Counted from the first letter of the stretch, positions 39,107 through 51,795 are shown. The stretch is 64,000 bases of DNA from an uncultured Gammaproteobacteria bacterium (GCA_964592785.1 CAZQHU010000003.1:3901-67900); one strand, 5' to 3'. The notes: generated from the letters alone by a model not told the origin. Numbers and translations are program-made.

Positions 39107-39433
39107 TTAATATTTAAAATTAAATTGATTAGTTTTTAAAAATTGATGAAAATTAAGCAACTCTTCTTCACTCACCGGTCCCCTAGCCAACAACCTCTTG
39201 GCGTCGGCAAAATCCAAATCTGTAAGCATACCAACTGAACTGGCTCCAAAAGGTGTGGAAACCATCAATGCCACCACTGCATGCCGACAACTGCCACAAA
39301 ACAAATGCAATAAACTGGCGCTTTCCTTTTCTTCCAAAACTCGGGACTGCTCCTTGGTATATTGATTTTGACAAACCGGACAATGTTGCAAAGAACGAAG
39401 ATTGTCGGGAAAAGAATTTTCTAATTTAGACAT
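39107..39433 (-). CDS. Zinc-ribbon hypothetical protein (CPVC...CGSC)
   Basis: ORF track. Confidence 0.45.
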   Translation of the reverse strand: MSKLENSFPDNLRSLQHCPVCQNQYTKEQSRVLEEKESASLLHLFCGSCRHAVVALMVSTPFGASSVGMLTDLDFADAKRLLARGPVSEEELLNFHQFLKTNQFNFKY

Positions 39434-39497
39434 AAAATTATTCTGTCCCCGCGTTAACCTGCGGTGGACATTACTCTACCATTATTATAAAAAAAAG

Positions 39498-40622
39498 TCA
39501 AGACTCATACAACTCGTGTTTGGCAATAGTGCCACTTTGCGCCACACTTTCCACCATACCCAACAATAATAAGTTGATAATCAACGAAGAGCCACCATAA
39601 CTCAAAAATGGCAAAGTCACCCCAACTACTGGCATGAAACCCATGGCTGCTCCCAAATTGATGACAATTTGTGTAAGAAATAATAACAAAACCCCGGATA
39701 CCAAAAAAGCAGAAAAATCATTTTTGGCCCGCCGAATAATAGTGATCAAACGCCATAAAAATAAAAAATATAATAAAAGCACCAAACCACCACCCACAAA
39801 CCCCAACTCTTCAGCAATCACTGAAAAAATAAAATCTGTTTGTGCCTCTGGTAAAAAATGTAGTTGTGATTGGGAACCAAAACCCAAACCGCGCCCAACA
39901 ATCTGTCCAGAGCCAATGGCAATCATTGATTGAGTCACATTGTAGCCCGAACCCAAAGGATCCAATTCCGGATTGATAAAAGTCAAAATTCTGCCTCGCT
40001 GATAATCTTGAAAAAGAAAAAACCAAGCAAAAATCACCATCAATACCGCCAAAATTACCAAAGCAAAAATATAACGTTTTTTAGTTCCTGAAAGACATAA
40101 AATTCCAAACCAAATGGCGCTCAAAACAATGGCTGAACCCAGATCTGGTTGCAATAAAATCAAACCAGCCAAAAATAAAGTAACCAAAGCACTGGTAAAA
40201 ACAAACTGCCATTTTTCAAAACGTCGACCAAATCTCTCCAACCACCAGGCAAGCATAATAATAAGACCAACTTTGGCAAATTCAGCTGGTTGAAAAGAAA
40301 AACCAAAAAAATGAAACCAGCCGCGAGTGCCACGAATTGTTTCCCCAAAAATTAAAACTCCCAACAAAAGTAAAAATGCCAACAAATAAAAAAACTTGGC
40401 CTTTTGACGATAAAAACTTACATGAAAAAAACTGGCAAACAAAAAAAACACCAGACCAATGACAACCGCACTGCTCTGGGTGGAAAAATAATCAAGTTCT
40501 GCACCTCGGGATAAATCTACACTGTAAATCGCTACCAAACTTATGGCCACCAAACCCGCCACCAATAATACTAAAATCCAATCAAAATTACGCGCCAATT
40601 GTTTGAATCTAGACAAATCCAT
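39498..40622 (-). CDS. ftsW: SEDS-family peptidoglycan glycosyltransferase (FtsW/RodA)
   Basis: About 10 TM helices and conserved SEDS blocks. Start could alternatively be at 40667. Confidence 0.8.
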   Translation of the reverse strand: MDLSRFKQLARNFDWILVLLVAGLVAISLVAIYSVDLSRGAELDYFSTQSSAVVIGLVFFLFASFFHVSFYRQKAKFFYLLAFLLLLGVLIFGETIRGTRGWFHFFGFSFQPAEFAKVGLIIMLAWWLERFGRRFEKWQFVFTSALVTLFLAGLILLQPDLGSAIVLSAIWFGILCLSGTKKRYIFALVILAVLMVIFAWFFLFQDYQRGRILTFINPELDPLGSGYNVTQSMIAIGSGQIVGRGLGFGSQSQLHFLPEAQTDFIFSVIAEELGFVGGGLVLLLYFLFLWRLITIIRRAKNDFSAFLVSGVLLLFLTQIVINLGAAMGFMPVVGVTLPFLSYGGSSLIINLLLLGMVESVAQSGTIAKHELYES

Positions 40623-40629
40623 AAAAACC

Positions 40630-41556
40630 TTACCTTTCTCCTGCCCGCAAATACTCCCTGGAATCAAAGATATTTATAAGTGGATGCACTCTAATTTCCG
40701 TCACATAAAGACCATCAATATAAGAACGCAAATCCACATGGCGAGTCTCCCGAGAAGTAAATTCTGCCTCTGGTAAATAGAGAATGCCCACTCGACTGCC
40801 CTGGTCCAAAAGCTCTACATAAAAATTGGCTTCCCAAAAACCATAAGCAGAATTATTGGTCAGGTCAAATTCAATAAAATTGGCTGGACTACCACTAATG
40901 CGACTGATGGGAGAAAATTCAAAATTTTCTACTAGCCAAAGATTACGTTCTGCTGTGTAGCCCGAAATATCCGGGTAAATATGACGATCCAAATGATACC
41001 ACTTGATATTTTTGATAACCAATCTGGCTCCACTGGGAAAATAATCACTGGTAAAACCCAAATAAACCAGCGGTCGCGTGCCTGGTAAAACAATTGCCTG
41101 CGCCAAAGGGGTTTCTCCACCGCTAAAAACAAACTGATATTGAATGCCAGCAAGCCAGCGTTCATTATTATTAGTCAAATCCACAACAAAATCATAACTA
41201 GATGGGCTTACTGTTTGGTAAACCTGAGGACTGCTAATGATAAATGGACGAGGCGCGTAAAAACTTTTTAAATTGTCATAATTTTCTATTTCCAAAACCT
41301 GACTATTCAACATCTCTTGGTCTCGCCAATAGCCGGTCGTAAAATAATACCCCCAATAAAATAAACTATAACCAACCGTAACGACACAAAACAAAATCAA
41401 AGCCCCCAAACCTATCTGACGCAAACGCAGTTTATGCTCCACATACCAACGGGACAACTTAAACTGACTATTGGTAAACTCCCCAGTAGGATCAATATAT
41501 TTTTCCAATTTATCTTCGGTTTTTTTGATAAACATATTATCAATATTATACAACAA
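40630..41556 (-). CDS. Membrane-anchored hypothetical protein
   Basis: ORF track; one TM segment after a charged N-terminus. Confidence 0.45.
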   Translation of the reverse strand: MLYNIDNMFIKKTEDKLEKYIDPTGEFTNSQFKLSRWYVEHKLRLRQIGLGALILFCVVTVGYSLFYWGYYFTTGYWRDQEMLNSQVLEIENYDNLKSFYAPRPFIISSPQVYQTVSPSSYDFVVDLTNNNERWLAGIQYQFVFSGGETPLAQAIVLPGTRPLVYLGFTSDYFPSGARLVIKNIKWYHLDRHIYPDISGYTAERNLWLVENFEFSPISRISGSPANFIEFDLTNNSAYGFWEANFYVELLDQGSRVGILYLPEAEFTSRETRHVDLRSYIDGLYVTEIRVHPLINIFDSREYLRAGER

Positions 41557-41620
41557 ATCAAAAAATAATTAAACAGCCAATCATTGTTTCCCTATTGCTT
41601 TATCTACTCAAAAATGATAA

Positions 41621-43906
<2,286 letters not shown>

Positions 43907-43980
43907 CAGCTTGTCCGACGCAACGAAGTAAAGCCGGATGAAAAATCTGGATATATAAAAATAAAAAATAGATATATATA

Positions 43981-44011
43981 AAAACATCCCGGCTAAGCCG
44001 GGATGTTTTTC
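43981..44011. terminator. Bidirectional terminator shared by gyrB and cassette h
   Basis: aaaaaCATCCCGGCtaaGCCGGGATGttttt. Confidence 0.65.
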
Positions 44012-44151
44012 CCTCAATCTCTTCTAAAATTTAAAAAAGATATTTGGGATGTGAAGTCTGGCGCCACAGACTTCACTCCCTCCTTGTCACACGGATAAAC
44101 GATCACACCCTTTGGCGCGCCAGCCTCCGCAAGCTGGAAAGGAACGGCTGA

Positions 44152-45006
44152 TCAGTCCTCTTGACCGAGCGGGAAAAACTTCCAGACCATCTCAGGTGGA
44201 GGTGGATAGCCGAGTCCAGTCCAGTAGTTGCGATAGCAGAGAGTTTTCTCATCGGACACAGCCAGCCTGAATTGAACACACCTCACGTCGTACCCTTCGA
44301 AAGGCAAACGTCTGCAAATCTTGAAATTCTCTGCTCCCAAGTTCAAAGCCTGCTTCATCCGCAGGAAAAGATCCGGCTTGTGACGTATGATGGCCAGAAG
44401 GATCGCCACCCCCTGCACCACCCCAAGAGGACGAGAGTCACTCATAATGGGCGACCTCGTGGCCTCGCGCCAGGATTTGGCCGTTGGGTTCGGGAAATGG
44501 CCCATAGTGTCCGCTAGTGTTGGATAGAATGCCATAACCCCCGCGGGCATTTCGGCATCTATCTGGAGATCTTCACCCACTTCGTACTTGCGGTCCTCAG
44601 ACAGTTCCAAGCCGGCCGCTTTCACCAAGTCCTGAACAGTCACGCCCGGAAGGCAATGGAAAAGGAGAGGCATCTCTCCATCCCCAAACACCGCTCCGAT
44701 ATCGGTGATGAACTGCTGGAGTTCCTGCCCCCCTTTCCGACCAAATTCCGGCTGAATGAGGTTGAGCGCCTCTTCGACCGAGAGCAAATGGGGGGTGTAC
44801 TTTTCGCCCCAGATATCCCTCTTCCACCAATCCTGCACGGCGCTGACCACGCAGTTCACCAAGGACTCCCTGAGGACAGCCTTGGCGTCGATCGCCGCCT
44901 GCACCACCTCACGGGGGGCATGTTTGGCCACCAGCTTCATCACCTTGGCGAACTCGTCGGCCTGACCAGCAGAAACCGCGCTTTCTCCGTCCCTTTTCAT
45001 GACCAT
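44152..45006 (-). CDS. GC-rich (about 58%) hypothetical protein of 284 aa (cassette h)
   Basis: Long ORF in a GC island. gccgttcctttcc follows the stop. Overlapping track ORFs on other frames are GC artefacts. Confidence 0.55.
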   Translation of the reverse strand: MVMKRDGESAVSAGQADEFAKVMKLVAKHAPREVVQAAIDAKAVLRESLVNCVVSAVQDWWKRDIWGEKYTPHLLSVEEALNLIQPEFGRKGGQELQQFITDIGAVFGDGEMPLLFHCLPGVTVQDLVKAAGLELSEDRKYEVGEDLQIDAEMPAGVMAFYPTLADTMGHFPNPTAKSWREATRSPIMSDSRPLGVVQGVAILLAIIRHKPDLFLRMKQALNLGAENFKICRRLPFEGYDVRCVQFRLAVSDEKTLCYRNYWTGLGYPPPPEMVWKFFPLGQED

Positions 45007-45163
45007 ACTCCTCTGGCAGCTGATACCCGAGAGTGGACTCCGGGCCTGACCGCCATTCGAACCACCTTGTGGCCGTATACTCCAACGAAGTGGAGCCTTG
45101 CCACAATTGAGTTAGCCTAGGACCACCCCAGACTACGCTTTTAACCTAACATATTTATCCACT

Positions 45164-45203
45164 TCTGTCAAAGCTTGACAAATCCTCGAAAATAAGATAT
45201 TAT
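45164..45203. promoter_or_regulatory. Divergent promoter region with palindromic -35 boxes (TTGTCAAagcTTGACAA); the plus-strand promoter is TTGACA-17-TATTAT
   Basis: TTGACAaatcctcgaaaataagaTATTAT again contains the aaaataag spacer motif. Confidence 0.55.
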
Positions 45204-45333
45204 TAAATCATAAAAATCAGCCCCAGGGCTGTTTTAAAAACCTTATTTATTGGACCACAGACAACAGACTACTGACAACAGAAATAAAACTGTGAGTCCG
45301 TAGACTGTAAACTGTAGTCCGTAGTCCAACTTT

Positions 45334-45519
45334 ATGAATAAAGTCACTAACTATTTCAAAGAAGCGGTGGCAGAAATGAAAAAAGTCGTCTGGCCCACCA
45401 AAAAACAAACTACTAATTACACTTTGATTGTCATTAGCATGAGTATTGGCGTGGCTCTTTTTTTCGGTATTTTGGACTATGTTTTCAATTTAGGATTAGC
45501 TCAACTTATCACTAAATAA
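45334..45519 (+). CDS. secE: Preprotein translocase subunit SecE
   Basis: 61 aa, single C-terminal TM helix, immediately upstream of nusG. Confidence 0.8.
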   Translation: MNKVTNYFKEAVAEMKKVVWPTKKQTTNYTLIVISMSIGVALFFGILDYVFNLGLAQLITK

Positions 45520-45521
45520 TT

Positions 45522-46067
45522 ATGGCCAAACAAACCCTCAACCTCGGCCGACGTTGGTATGTGCTCCATACCTACTCTGGGTACGAGGAAAATGTAAAAA
45601 GTAATTTGGAACAACGTATTGAATCTTTTGACATGCAAGATAAGATTTTTAATGTTTTGGTCCCCAAAGAAAAAAAAATTAAAATCAAAAACGGCAAACG
45701 TAATACTATTGAAGAAAAAATCTTTCCTGGCTATGTATTGGTTGAAATGATTGTAACCGATGATTCTTGGTATGTAGTCCGAAACACTCCCAATGTCACT
45801 GGCTTTATTGGTTCTGGCACTACTCCGACTCCCATTGACCAAAAGGAAATGGAAAGTCTCATGAAACGCACCGCAGCCGAAGAACCAACTCACAAGATTG
45901 ATGTGGCTGTAAATGATCCAGTAAGAATCTCTGATGGTCCTTTCAAAAATTTTGAAGGTAAAGTATCCAATGTAGATGAAGCTCGTGGCAAGATCAAAGT
46001 TTTGGTAAATATGTTTGGTCGCGAAACTCCGGTAGAGTTGGATGCCCTACAAGTGAAAAAAATCTAA
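45522..46067 (+). CDS. nusG: Transcription antiterminator NusG
   Basis: NGN plus KOW domains, in the secE-nusG-rplK order. Confidence 0.9.
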   Translation: MAKQTLNLGRRWYVLHTYSGYEENVKSNLEQRIESFDMQDKIFNVLVPKEKKIKIKNGKRNTIEEKIFPGYVLVEMIVTDDSWYVVRNTPNVTGFIGSGTTPTPIDQKEMESLMKRTAAEEPTHKIDVAVNDPVRISDGPFKNFEGKVSNVDEARGKIKVLVNMFGRETPVELDALQVKKI

Positions 46068-46148
46068 ACAATTTTCAAAATTGTTTGCTTGTAAAAGCGC
46101 TTCTAAACAATTTTAAATAAAAAATTATAAATTAAAAATTTCAAGTAT

Positions 46149-46574
46149 ATGGCTAAAAAATTACTTACTCAAATCAAACTACAAATAGTTGGTGGGGCAG
46201 CCAATCCAGCACCACCAGTCGGCCCAGCTTTGGGACAACATGGTGTGAACATCCAGGGTTTTTGCAAAGAATTCAATGATAAAACCCAAGATAAAAAAGG
46301 TGAAGTGGTACCGGTAGTTATCAATGTTTACGAAGATCGCAGTTTTGACTTTATTATGAAAGTGGCTCCGGCCTCTGAACTAATCAAAAAAGCCGCCGGT
46401 ATCAAATCTGGAGCCCACAATGCTCTCAAGGAAAAAGTTGGCAAGCTAACCAAAAAACAACTCCGCGAAATCGCTGAAAAGAAAATGCCTGATATGAATG
46501 CTAATGATGTGGAAGCAGCCATGAAAATCCTGGCTGGCACTGCCCGACAGATGGGTGTGCAGATTGAAGAGTAG
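46149..46574 (+). CDS. rplK: 50S ribosomal protein L11
   Basis: Conserved L11 sequence. Confidence 0.9.
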   Translation: MAKKLLTQIKLQIVGGAANPAPPVGPALGQHGVNIQGFCKEFNDKTQDKKGEVVPVVINVYEDRSFDFIMKVAPASELIKKAAGIKSGAHNALKEKVGKLTKKQLREIAEKKMPDMNANDVEAAMKILAGTARQMGVQIEE

Positions 46575-46690
46575 ACTAGTCAAAATCCAAAAAACCCAAA
46601 ACTCGCCAATTTATCCTGAGAGCAATTGAAGGAACCGGCGAGTTTTGTTATAATATGCTTAGAATTTTTAAAAAATTAAAATACAATTTT

Positions 46691-47629
46691 ATGTCTGAAT
46701 CAAAATTCACCAAAACCAAAATTGCGATCATTGGCGCTGGGGCTGTCGGCTCTACCACTGCCTATGTGGCCACACTAAAAAACCTAGCAGCAGAAATACT
46801 CCTGATTGATGTAAATGAAACCAAAGAAGCAGGTGAAGTAATGGACATTACTGACGGACTTTGTTTTGTAGAAACTGGGTGTATCAAAGGCGCGGGTTTT
46901 CGTGATGCTAGAAACGCAGATATTGTGGTGATCACTGCCGGCGCTCCTCAAAAACCAGGAGAAACCCGCTTACAACTGGTACAAAAAAATGTAGCCATTC
47001 TCAAATCAATTTTCCAAAAAATTGGCCAGCTCAAAAAAACTGCCATTATCATTATGGTGGCCAACCCTGTAGATATTTTGACTTATATAGCCCAAGAGAT
47101 TAGTGGTCTGCCCAAAAACCAAGTTTTTGGCAGTGGCACCACCTTAGACACAGCCCGGTTACGTTCTGAAATCGGAAAAATTTTAAATGTTAGTTCTTGG
47201 AGTGTAGATGGTTTTGTACTCGGAGAACATGGGGACAGTGAATTTGTGGCCTGGAGCTCAGTAACTATAGGTGGCATGTCAGCCAACAATATAAAAAGCC
47301 TGAACAGTCAAACAAGAAAAAAAATAGAAAACCGTGTCAAACATGAGGCCTATGAAATCATCAACAGAAAAGGCGCCACTTTTTATGGCATCGCTCTGGT
47401 TCTTTCTGATATCATCGAAGCCATAATTTATGACCAACATAAAATCTTACCAATCTCCAGTCGTCTCAATAATTGGAACGGAGTAAATAATATTTGTCTC
47501 GGCAGTCCGGCTGTAGTTGGCCGAAGTGGTGTACAAAAAGTTTGGGATCTAAAATTAACCGCTATTGAAAAGAAAAAATTGAAACAATCAGCCGACACTC
47601 TCAAAAAATATCTCAATCAAATCAAATAA
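46691..47629 (+). CDS. mdh: L-lactate/malate dehydrogenase
   Basis: Rossmann motif IAIIGAGAVG and LDH/MDH core blocks. Start trimmed to MSESKF. Confidence 0.8.
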   Translation: MSESKFTKTKIAIIGAGAVGSTTAYVATLKNLAAEILLIDVNETKEAGEVMDITDGLCFVETGCIKGAGFRDARNADIVVITAGAPQKPGETRLQLVQKNVAILKSIFQKIGQLKKTAIIIMVANPVDILTYIAQEISGLPKNQVFGSGTTLDTARLRSEIGKILNVSSWSVDGFVLGEHGDSEFVAWSSVTIGGMSANNIKSLNSQTRKKIENRVKHEAYEIINRKGATFYGIALVLSDIIEAIIYDQHKILPISSRLNNWNGVNNICLGSPAVVGRSGVQKVWDLKLTAIEKKKLKQSADTLKKYLNQIK

Positions 47630-47638
47630 TAAAAAACT

Positions 47639-48439
47639 ATGAAAAAAATACTGGCTCTGGCTTTTTTCTTAATTTTGATTGGCGCTGCCTGCTCCCAATC
47701 CAAACCAGTAGCAAACCAAGAACAAAAAACTGCACCCACAGTGATCCGTAAACCAACTACTGAACAAAATCTTAGTCCGATTTATGATTTTTGTGAAAAA
47801 AACGGCAATGAAATTATTATTCGTTTTGATTCAGAAACCCAGAGTTCCAAAGCTTATTGTCGTTTTCCAGATACCACCGAATGTCCAGCTTTGGAATATC
47901 AAGCTGGCACCTGTCTCCCTGGGCAAAACAGTCAAACCTATAAAGCAGAAAATACAGTAAATGCCACTGAAGTTTGCATCCAAACTTACGATCCAGTCTG
48001 CGGAGAAGATGGCATCACCTACACCAATGATTGCGTGGCCAAGATGCAAGGAATCAAAATCACCAAAACTGGTGTTTGCGCTCCTGTTCCACCAGTTGTC
48101 ACCCAACCCAGTCTTCCCCTACCCGAAAAAAATAACAATATTTCCCCTATCAATTCGAACATACCCACAAATATTGAACAAAATCCTGATTGGTTGGAAT
48201 TGATTAAAAAATTTGTCACTTCACAAACAGCCAAGTCTCCCCGAACTCGCATCAACCGTTGTTCCTACAATGGACAAACAGCTTATTTGCAACTTGATAC
48301 CTGTACTTCTTGCTATAGCACACTCTACAATAGTTTGGGAAGAGTGATTTGTTATCCTGATCATGATTTTTCCAATTCCTGTCCAAATTTTTCCCTAAAT
48401 ACTGCCAACTGTACTCGGATTTGGACCGATAATCGCTGA
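47639..48439 (+). CDS. Secreted cysteine-rich protein containing a Kazal-type protease-inhibitor domain
   Basis: Signal peptide MKKILALAFFLILIGAAC. Kazal signature YDPVCGEDGITYTNDCVAKMQGIKITKTGVC. About 20 Cys in total. Confidence 0.65.
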   Translation: MKKILALAFFLILIGAACSQSKPVANQEQKTAPTVIRKPTTEQNLSPIYDFCEKNGNEIIIRFDSETQSSKAYCRFPDTTECPALEYQAGTCLPGQNSQTYKAENTVNATEVCIQTYDPVCGEDGITYTNDCVAKMQGIKITKTGVCAPVPPVVTQPSLPLPEKNNNISPINSNIPTNIEQNPDWLELIKKFVTSQTAKSPRTRINRCSYNGQTAYLQLDTCTSCYSTLYNSLGRVICYPDHDFSNSCPNFSLNTANCTRIWTDNR

Positions 48440-48494
48440 TAACAATTTATCCCCTTGACATTTTTTTTATAATTTGGTATAAATATATTCCAAA

Positions 48495-48545
48495 TTAAAT
48501 CATCGGTGGGACCCGCCGAAACGGCGTGGGTTCGTACCACTAAAA
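48495..48545 (+). promoter_or_regulatory. GC-rich stem-loop in the rplA 5' UTR; candidate L1 autoregulatory binding site
   Basis: cggtGGGACCCGCCGaaaCGGCGTGGGTTCgtaccac lies directly upstream of the rplA SD. Confidence 0.4.
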
Positions 48546-48552
48546 AAGAAAT

Positions 48553-49230
48553 ATGTCCAAAAGAATTTCTGCCCTGAAAGCTCAGGTAGACAAAAACAAA
48601 GTCTACACTCTTTCCGAGGCTGTAGCGCTAGTGAAGAAAACTAGCAATGTTAAATTTGACGCTAGTGTAGAAGTACATGTGGTTTTGGGAATTGATCCTA
48701 AAAAAACTGAACAACAAATCCGCACTACCGTAGCCCTACCTCATGGTACGGGCAAAACCAAAATCGTTGCCGCTTTTGTCGGACCAAATGATGAGAAAAA
48801 AGCCAAAGAAGGTGGCGCTGATTTTGTCTATGGTGAAGAGGATATCAAAAAAATTAAAGATAGCGGTAAAATAGAATTTGAAATCGCTGTCGCCACTCCG
48901 GAAATGATGCCCAAACTAGCTATCGCTGCCAAAGTTTTGGGGCCCAAAGGCCTGATGCCCAATCCCAAGACCGGTACTGTTAGCCCTGATGTGAAAAAAA
49001 TGGTGGAAGAATTGAAAAAAGGCAAAGTCACTTTCAAAAATGATGATGGTGCCAATGTTCATTTGGCAATCGGGAAAGTCAGTTTTGATGAGACACAACT
49101 TCAAGAAAACTTTCTGGCCTTTGTAGAAGCCTTGAAAAAGGCCAAACCTCAGTCGGCCAAAGGCACTTATATTAAAACTCTTTTCCTTTCCAGCTCCATG
49201 GGACCAAGCATTAGAGTAGAAAATAACTAA
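48553..49230 (+). CDS. rplA: 50S ribosomal protein L1
   Basis: Conserved L1 sequence. Confidence 0.9.
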   Translation: MSKRISALKAQVDKNKVYTLSEAVALVKKTSNVKFDASVEVHVVLGIDPKKTEQQIRTTVALPHGTGKTKIVAAFVGPNDEKKAKEGGADFVYGEEDIKKIKDSGKIEFEIAVATPEMMPKLAIAAKVLGPKGLMPNPKTGTVSPDVKKMVEELKKGKVTFKNDDGANVHLAIGKVSFDETQLQENFLAFVEALKKAKPQSAKGTYIKTLFLSSSMGPSIRVENN

Positions 49231-49257
49231 AAACTTAACACCCTGTTTTTTAGCAGG

Positions 49258-50274
49258 GTGTTTTCATCTGGTATGATCATTATCGCCAGTATCAACCTTA
49301 ACAATTTTTCTGAAGAGAAAATCCGTAAAGCCATCCTCACCGGCGCTGATATCATGCGTTTCAATTTTGGCTACGAACTTACTCAAGAAAAAATAGAACA
49401 TCTTCAAAAAGTAGATGAACTAATAGAAGATTTGCATTCTGATACAAAAATTCTAGCTGATTTACCCACCAACCATATTCGCCTGGGAGATTTTTATGAT
49501 CATTATTTTCCAATCAAAGAAAGTGAAGAAATGATTTTCAAGTCCGCCAATTATTCTGCTGACTGTAATGAATTTATACCCATTAATTCTGAAAATTTTG
49601 CCCGAGGTTTGCGACCCAACCAAAGTATTATCATTGGTAACGGCGAAGTAGTAGTAGAAATTCTTGAAATCATTGATGAAAATAATATTAGAGTCAAAGC
49701 CCTGAACAATGGCACTATTCAAGCCGCTCGCAGTTTAAGCATTACTGCTGACGCTGAAGAATATTTGAAAAAACTGACTGAAAAAATAGCCACTTTTTCT
49801 TTGGTGGACCCAGATTTTGTAGCTTTGCCATATCTCAATAAAGAACTCAATGAAAAAATTCAACAGTTGCCAGGAATAACTAGACACGGACGAAAAATTA
49901 TTATCAAAATTGATGATAAAAATGGTCTAAATAATCTGGAAGAAGTTTGCGCCAATCCCCTGTATGATTTCGTCATGCTTGATCGAGGAAAAATGGCCAA
50001 CGCTCTCCCTTACGAAGAATTCGGTATCTTGCAAAAACAAATTATCCGTCAAGTAAAAAATTGTAAAAAACCTCTAATAGTCTCCACTCAAATTTTGGAA
50101 AGCACTATCAATAATACTATCCCCTCCAAAGCCGATATTACTGATTTGACTGAATTAATTCTAGAAAAAGTCGATGGCATTGTGCTTTGCAAAGAAACTG
50201 ACCCCAACCAACGACCGGCCTATACCATTTCTGTCGCCAAAAAAATTATCAAAGCTGTAGAAAAATACCAATAA
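49258..50274 (+). CDS. Pyruvate kinase-like barrel-domain protein lacking the C-terminal regulatory domain
   Basis: Pyruvate-kinase-like blocks (MRFNFGY, DRGKMANALPYEE, STQILESTI, PSKADITDL), but only 338 aa. Confidence 0.5.
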   Translation: MFSSGMIIIASINLNNFSEEKIRKAILTGADIMRFNFGYELTQEKIEHLQKVDELIEDLHSDTKILADLPTNHIRLGDFYDHYFPIKESEEMIFKSANYSADCNEFIPINSENFARGLRPNQSIIIGNGEVVVEILEIIDENNIRVKALNNGTIQAARSLSITADAEEYLKKLTEKIATFSLVDPDFVALPYLNKELNEKIQQLPGITRHGRKIIIKIDDKNGLNNLEEVCANPLYDFVMLDRGKMANALPYEEFGILQKQIIRQVKNCKKPLIVSTQILESTINNTIPSKADITDLTELILEKVDGIVLCKETDPNQRPAYTISVAKKIIKAVEKYQ

Positions 50275-50338
50275 ACAACACTTGTCATAATACCCCCAAT
50301 CGTGTTAAAATTGATACGCAAGGGGTATTTTTTTTAAC

Positions 50339-50818
50339 TTGAAAAATATGCAAAAACCTCGTGAAAACTATATTTCCTGGGATGAATGCTTCATGCGCAT
50401 GACCCATGTCATCGCCGAACGTTCCAAAGATCCTTCAACACAAAATGGGGCAGTAATCGTCAATGAAAAAAATGTGGTAGTCGGCATGGGTTACAACGGC
50501 TTTCCCCGAGGAGTTGGTGAAAATGATTTTCCTTGGGAAAGAGAGGGCAAGCTATCTGACACCAAGTACGCCTATGTTTGCCATGCTGAAGAAAACGCAA
50601 TTTACAATGCCAATTCACAAGTAAGAGACTGTAAAATTTATACCGGACTTTTTCCTTGTAATGAGTGCACCAAAGCTCTCATCCAGACTGGCATCAAAGA
50701 GGTAATTTACGAAAGCGATAAATACCATGATGATGATATTTGGTTGGCTTCCAGAAAAATGTTGGATGCGGCGGGAATTAAATACCGCCAATATATTTGT
50801 GATTGGAGCAAAAAATAA
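50339..50818 (+). CDS. comEB: dCMP deaminase (ComEB family)
   Basis: HAEENAI ... PCNECTKAL zinc motifs. Confidence 0.85.
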   Translation: MKNMQKPRENYISWDECFMRMTHVIAERSKDPSTQNGAVIVNEKNVVVGMGYNGFPRGVGENDFPWEREGKLSDTKYAYVCHAEENAIYNANSQVRDCKIYTGLFPCNECTKALIQTGIKEVIYESDKYHDDDIWLASRKMLDAAGIKYRQYICDWSKK

Positions 50819-50820
50819 TT

Positions 50821-51381
50821 ATGAATAAACTAATAATCGGGATTGTCGCCAAAAACGCCGGGGGGAAAACTACCGCCACTGAATATTTAAAAGAAAAATA
50901 TCAGGCGATCTCTTTTCGTTTTTCCGACCCTTTGAAAGACATACTCACCAGACTACATCTGGAACCTAGCCGACAAAATTTTCAAACACTCTCAACAATT
51001 TTACGCCAAAATTTTTCTGAGGATATTTTATCCCAAGTAATTGCCGAGGATGTAAAAAATTCTTCAGCGAAAATAATTATTACTGAAGGAGTCAGAAGGC
51101 CAACTGATGTAAAATATCTAAAAGATCTGCCTGGATATCAGCTTGTCTACATTGAAGCTGATCCAAAAATCCGCTATGAAAGACTCAAACAACGAATAGA
51201 AAAGCCCGGAGATCAAAATAAAACTTGGGAAGAATTTTTAGCTGAAGAAAATCAAGAATCCGAACAAAAAATTGATGAGATCGCCACGACAGCTAAGTTT
51301 AAACTAAATAATAATGGCAGTTTAGAAGAATTGTATAAACAACTTGATGAATTGTTAAAAAAATATGCAAGTGAAAATTAA
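50821..51381 (+). CDS. P-loop nucleotide kinase; possible dNMP kinase
   Basis: Walker A GIVAKNAGGKTT. The context is a dTMP-synthesis cluster. Confidence 0.5.
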   Translation: MNKLIIGIVAKNAGGKTTATEYLKEKYQAISFRFSDPLKDILTRLHLEPSRQNFQTLSTILRQNFSEDILSQVIAEDVKNSSAKIIITEGVRRPTDVKYLKDLPGYQLVYIEADPKIRYERLKQRIEKPGDQNKTWEEFLAEENQESEQKIDEIATTAKFKLNNNGSLEELYKQLDELLKKYASEN

Positions 51382-51787
51382 ACTTATTGATAAAAACCTA
51401 CCTTTACCAGAATACCACACTTCTGGCGCTGTGGCCTTTGATCTCTATAGTCGAGTTGATATAGATATTCCTCCAAAAACAGTCGAACGAATCCCCACAA
51501 ATTTAATAATCAAAATCCCTGAAGGTTTTTTATTACAAATCAAAGGACGTTCAAGCACCCCCAAGAAAAAAAATCTCTGGGTGGATGTTGGTTATATTGA
51601 TCAAGACTATTGCGGAGAAAATGATGAGATTTTATTACAAGTATATAATTTTTCTAACGAGATAACAAAAGTTGAAAAAGGTGAAAGACTCGGGCAAGCG
51701 GCATTTGTAAAAATTGAAAAAGCCCAATGGGAAGAAGTAGAAAAAATGGATGATAAAAATCGCGGAGGTTTTGGCAGTACTGGATAA
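51365..51787 (+). CDS. dut: dUTP diphosphatase
   Basis: dUTPase/dCTP-deaminase family sequence (FDLYS, GRSS). Confidence 0.8.
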   Translation: MQVKIKLIDKNLPLPEYHTSGAVAFDLYSRVDIDIPPKTVERIPTNLIIKIPEGFLLQIKGRSSTPKKKNLWVDVGYIDQDYCGENDEILLQVYNFSNEITKVEKGERLGQAAFVKIEKAQWEEVEKMDDKNRGGFGSTG

Positions 51788-51795
51788 TTTTAACT

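Noticed and set aside
44161-45120. Multiple antisense and alternate-frame track ORFs (44161-44517 plus, 44597-44830 minus, 44656-45120 plus, etc.) in cassette h
   Set aside because: They are GC-driven open frames nested in or antisense to the 284-aa ORF, and none has a start context.
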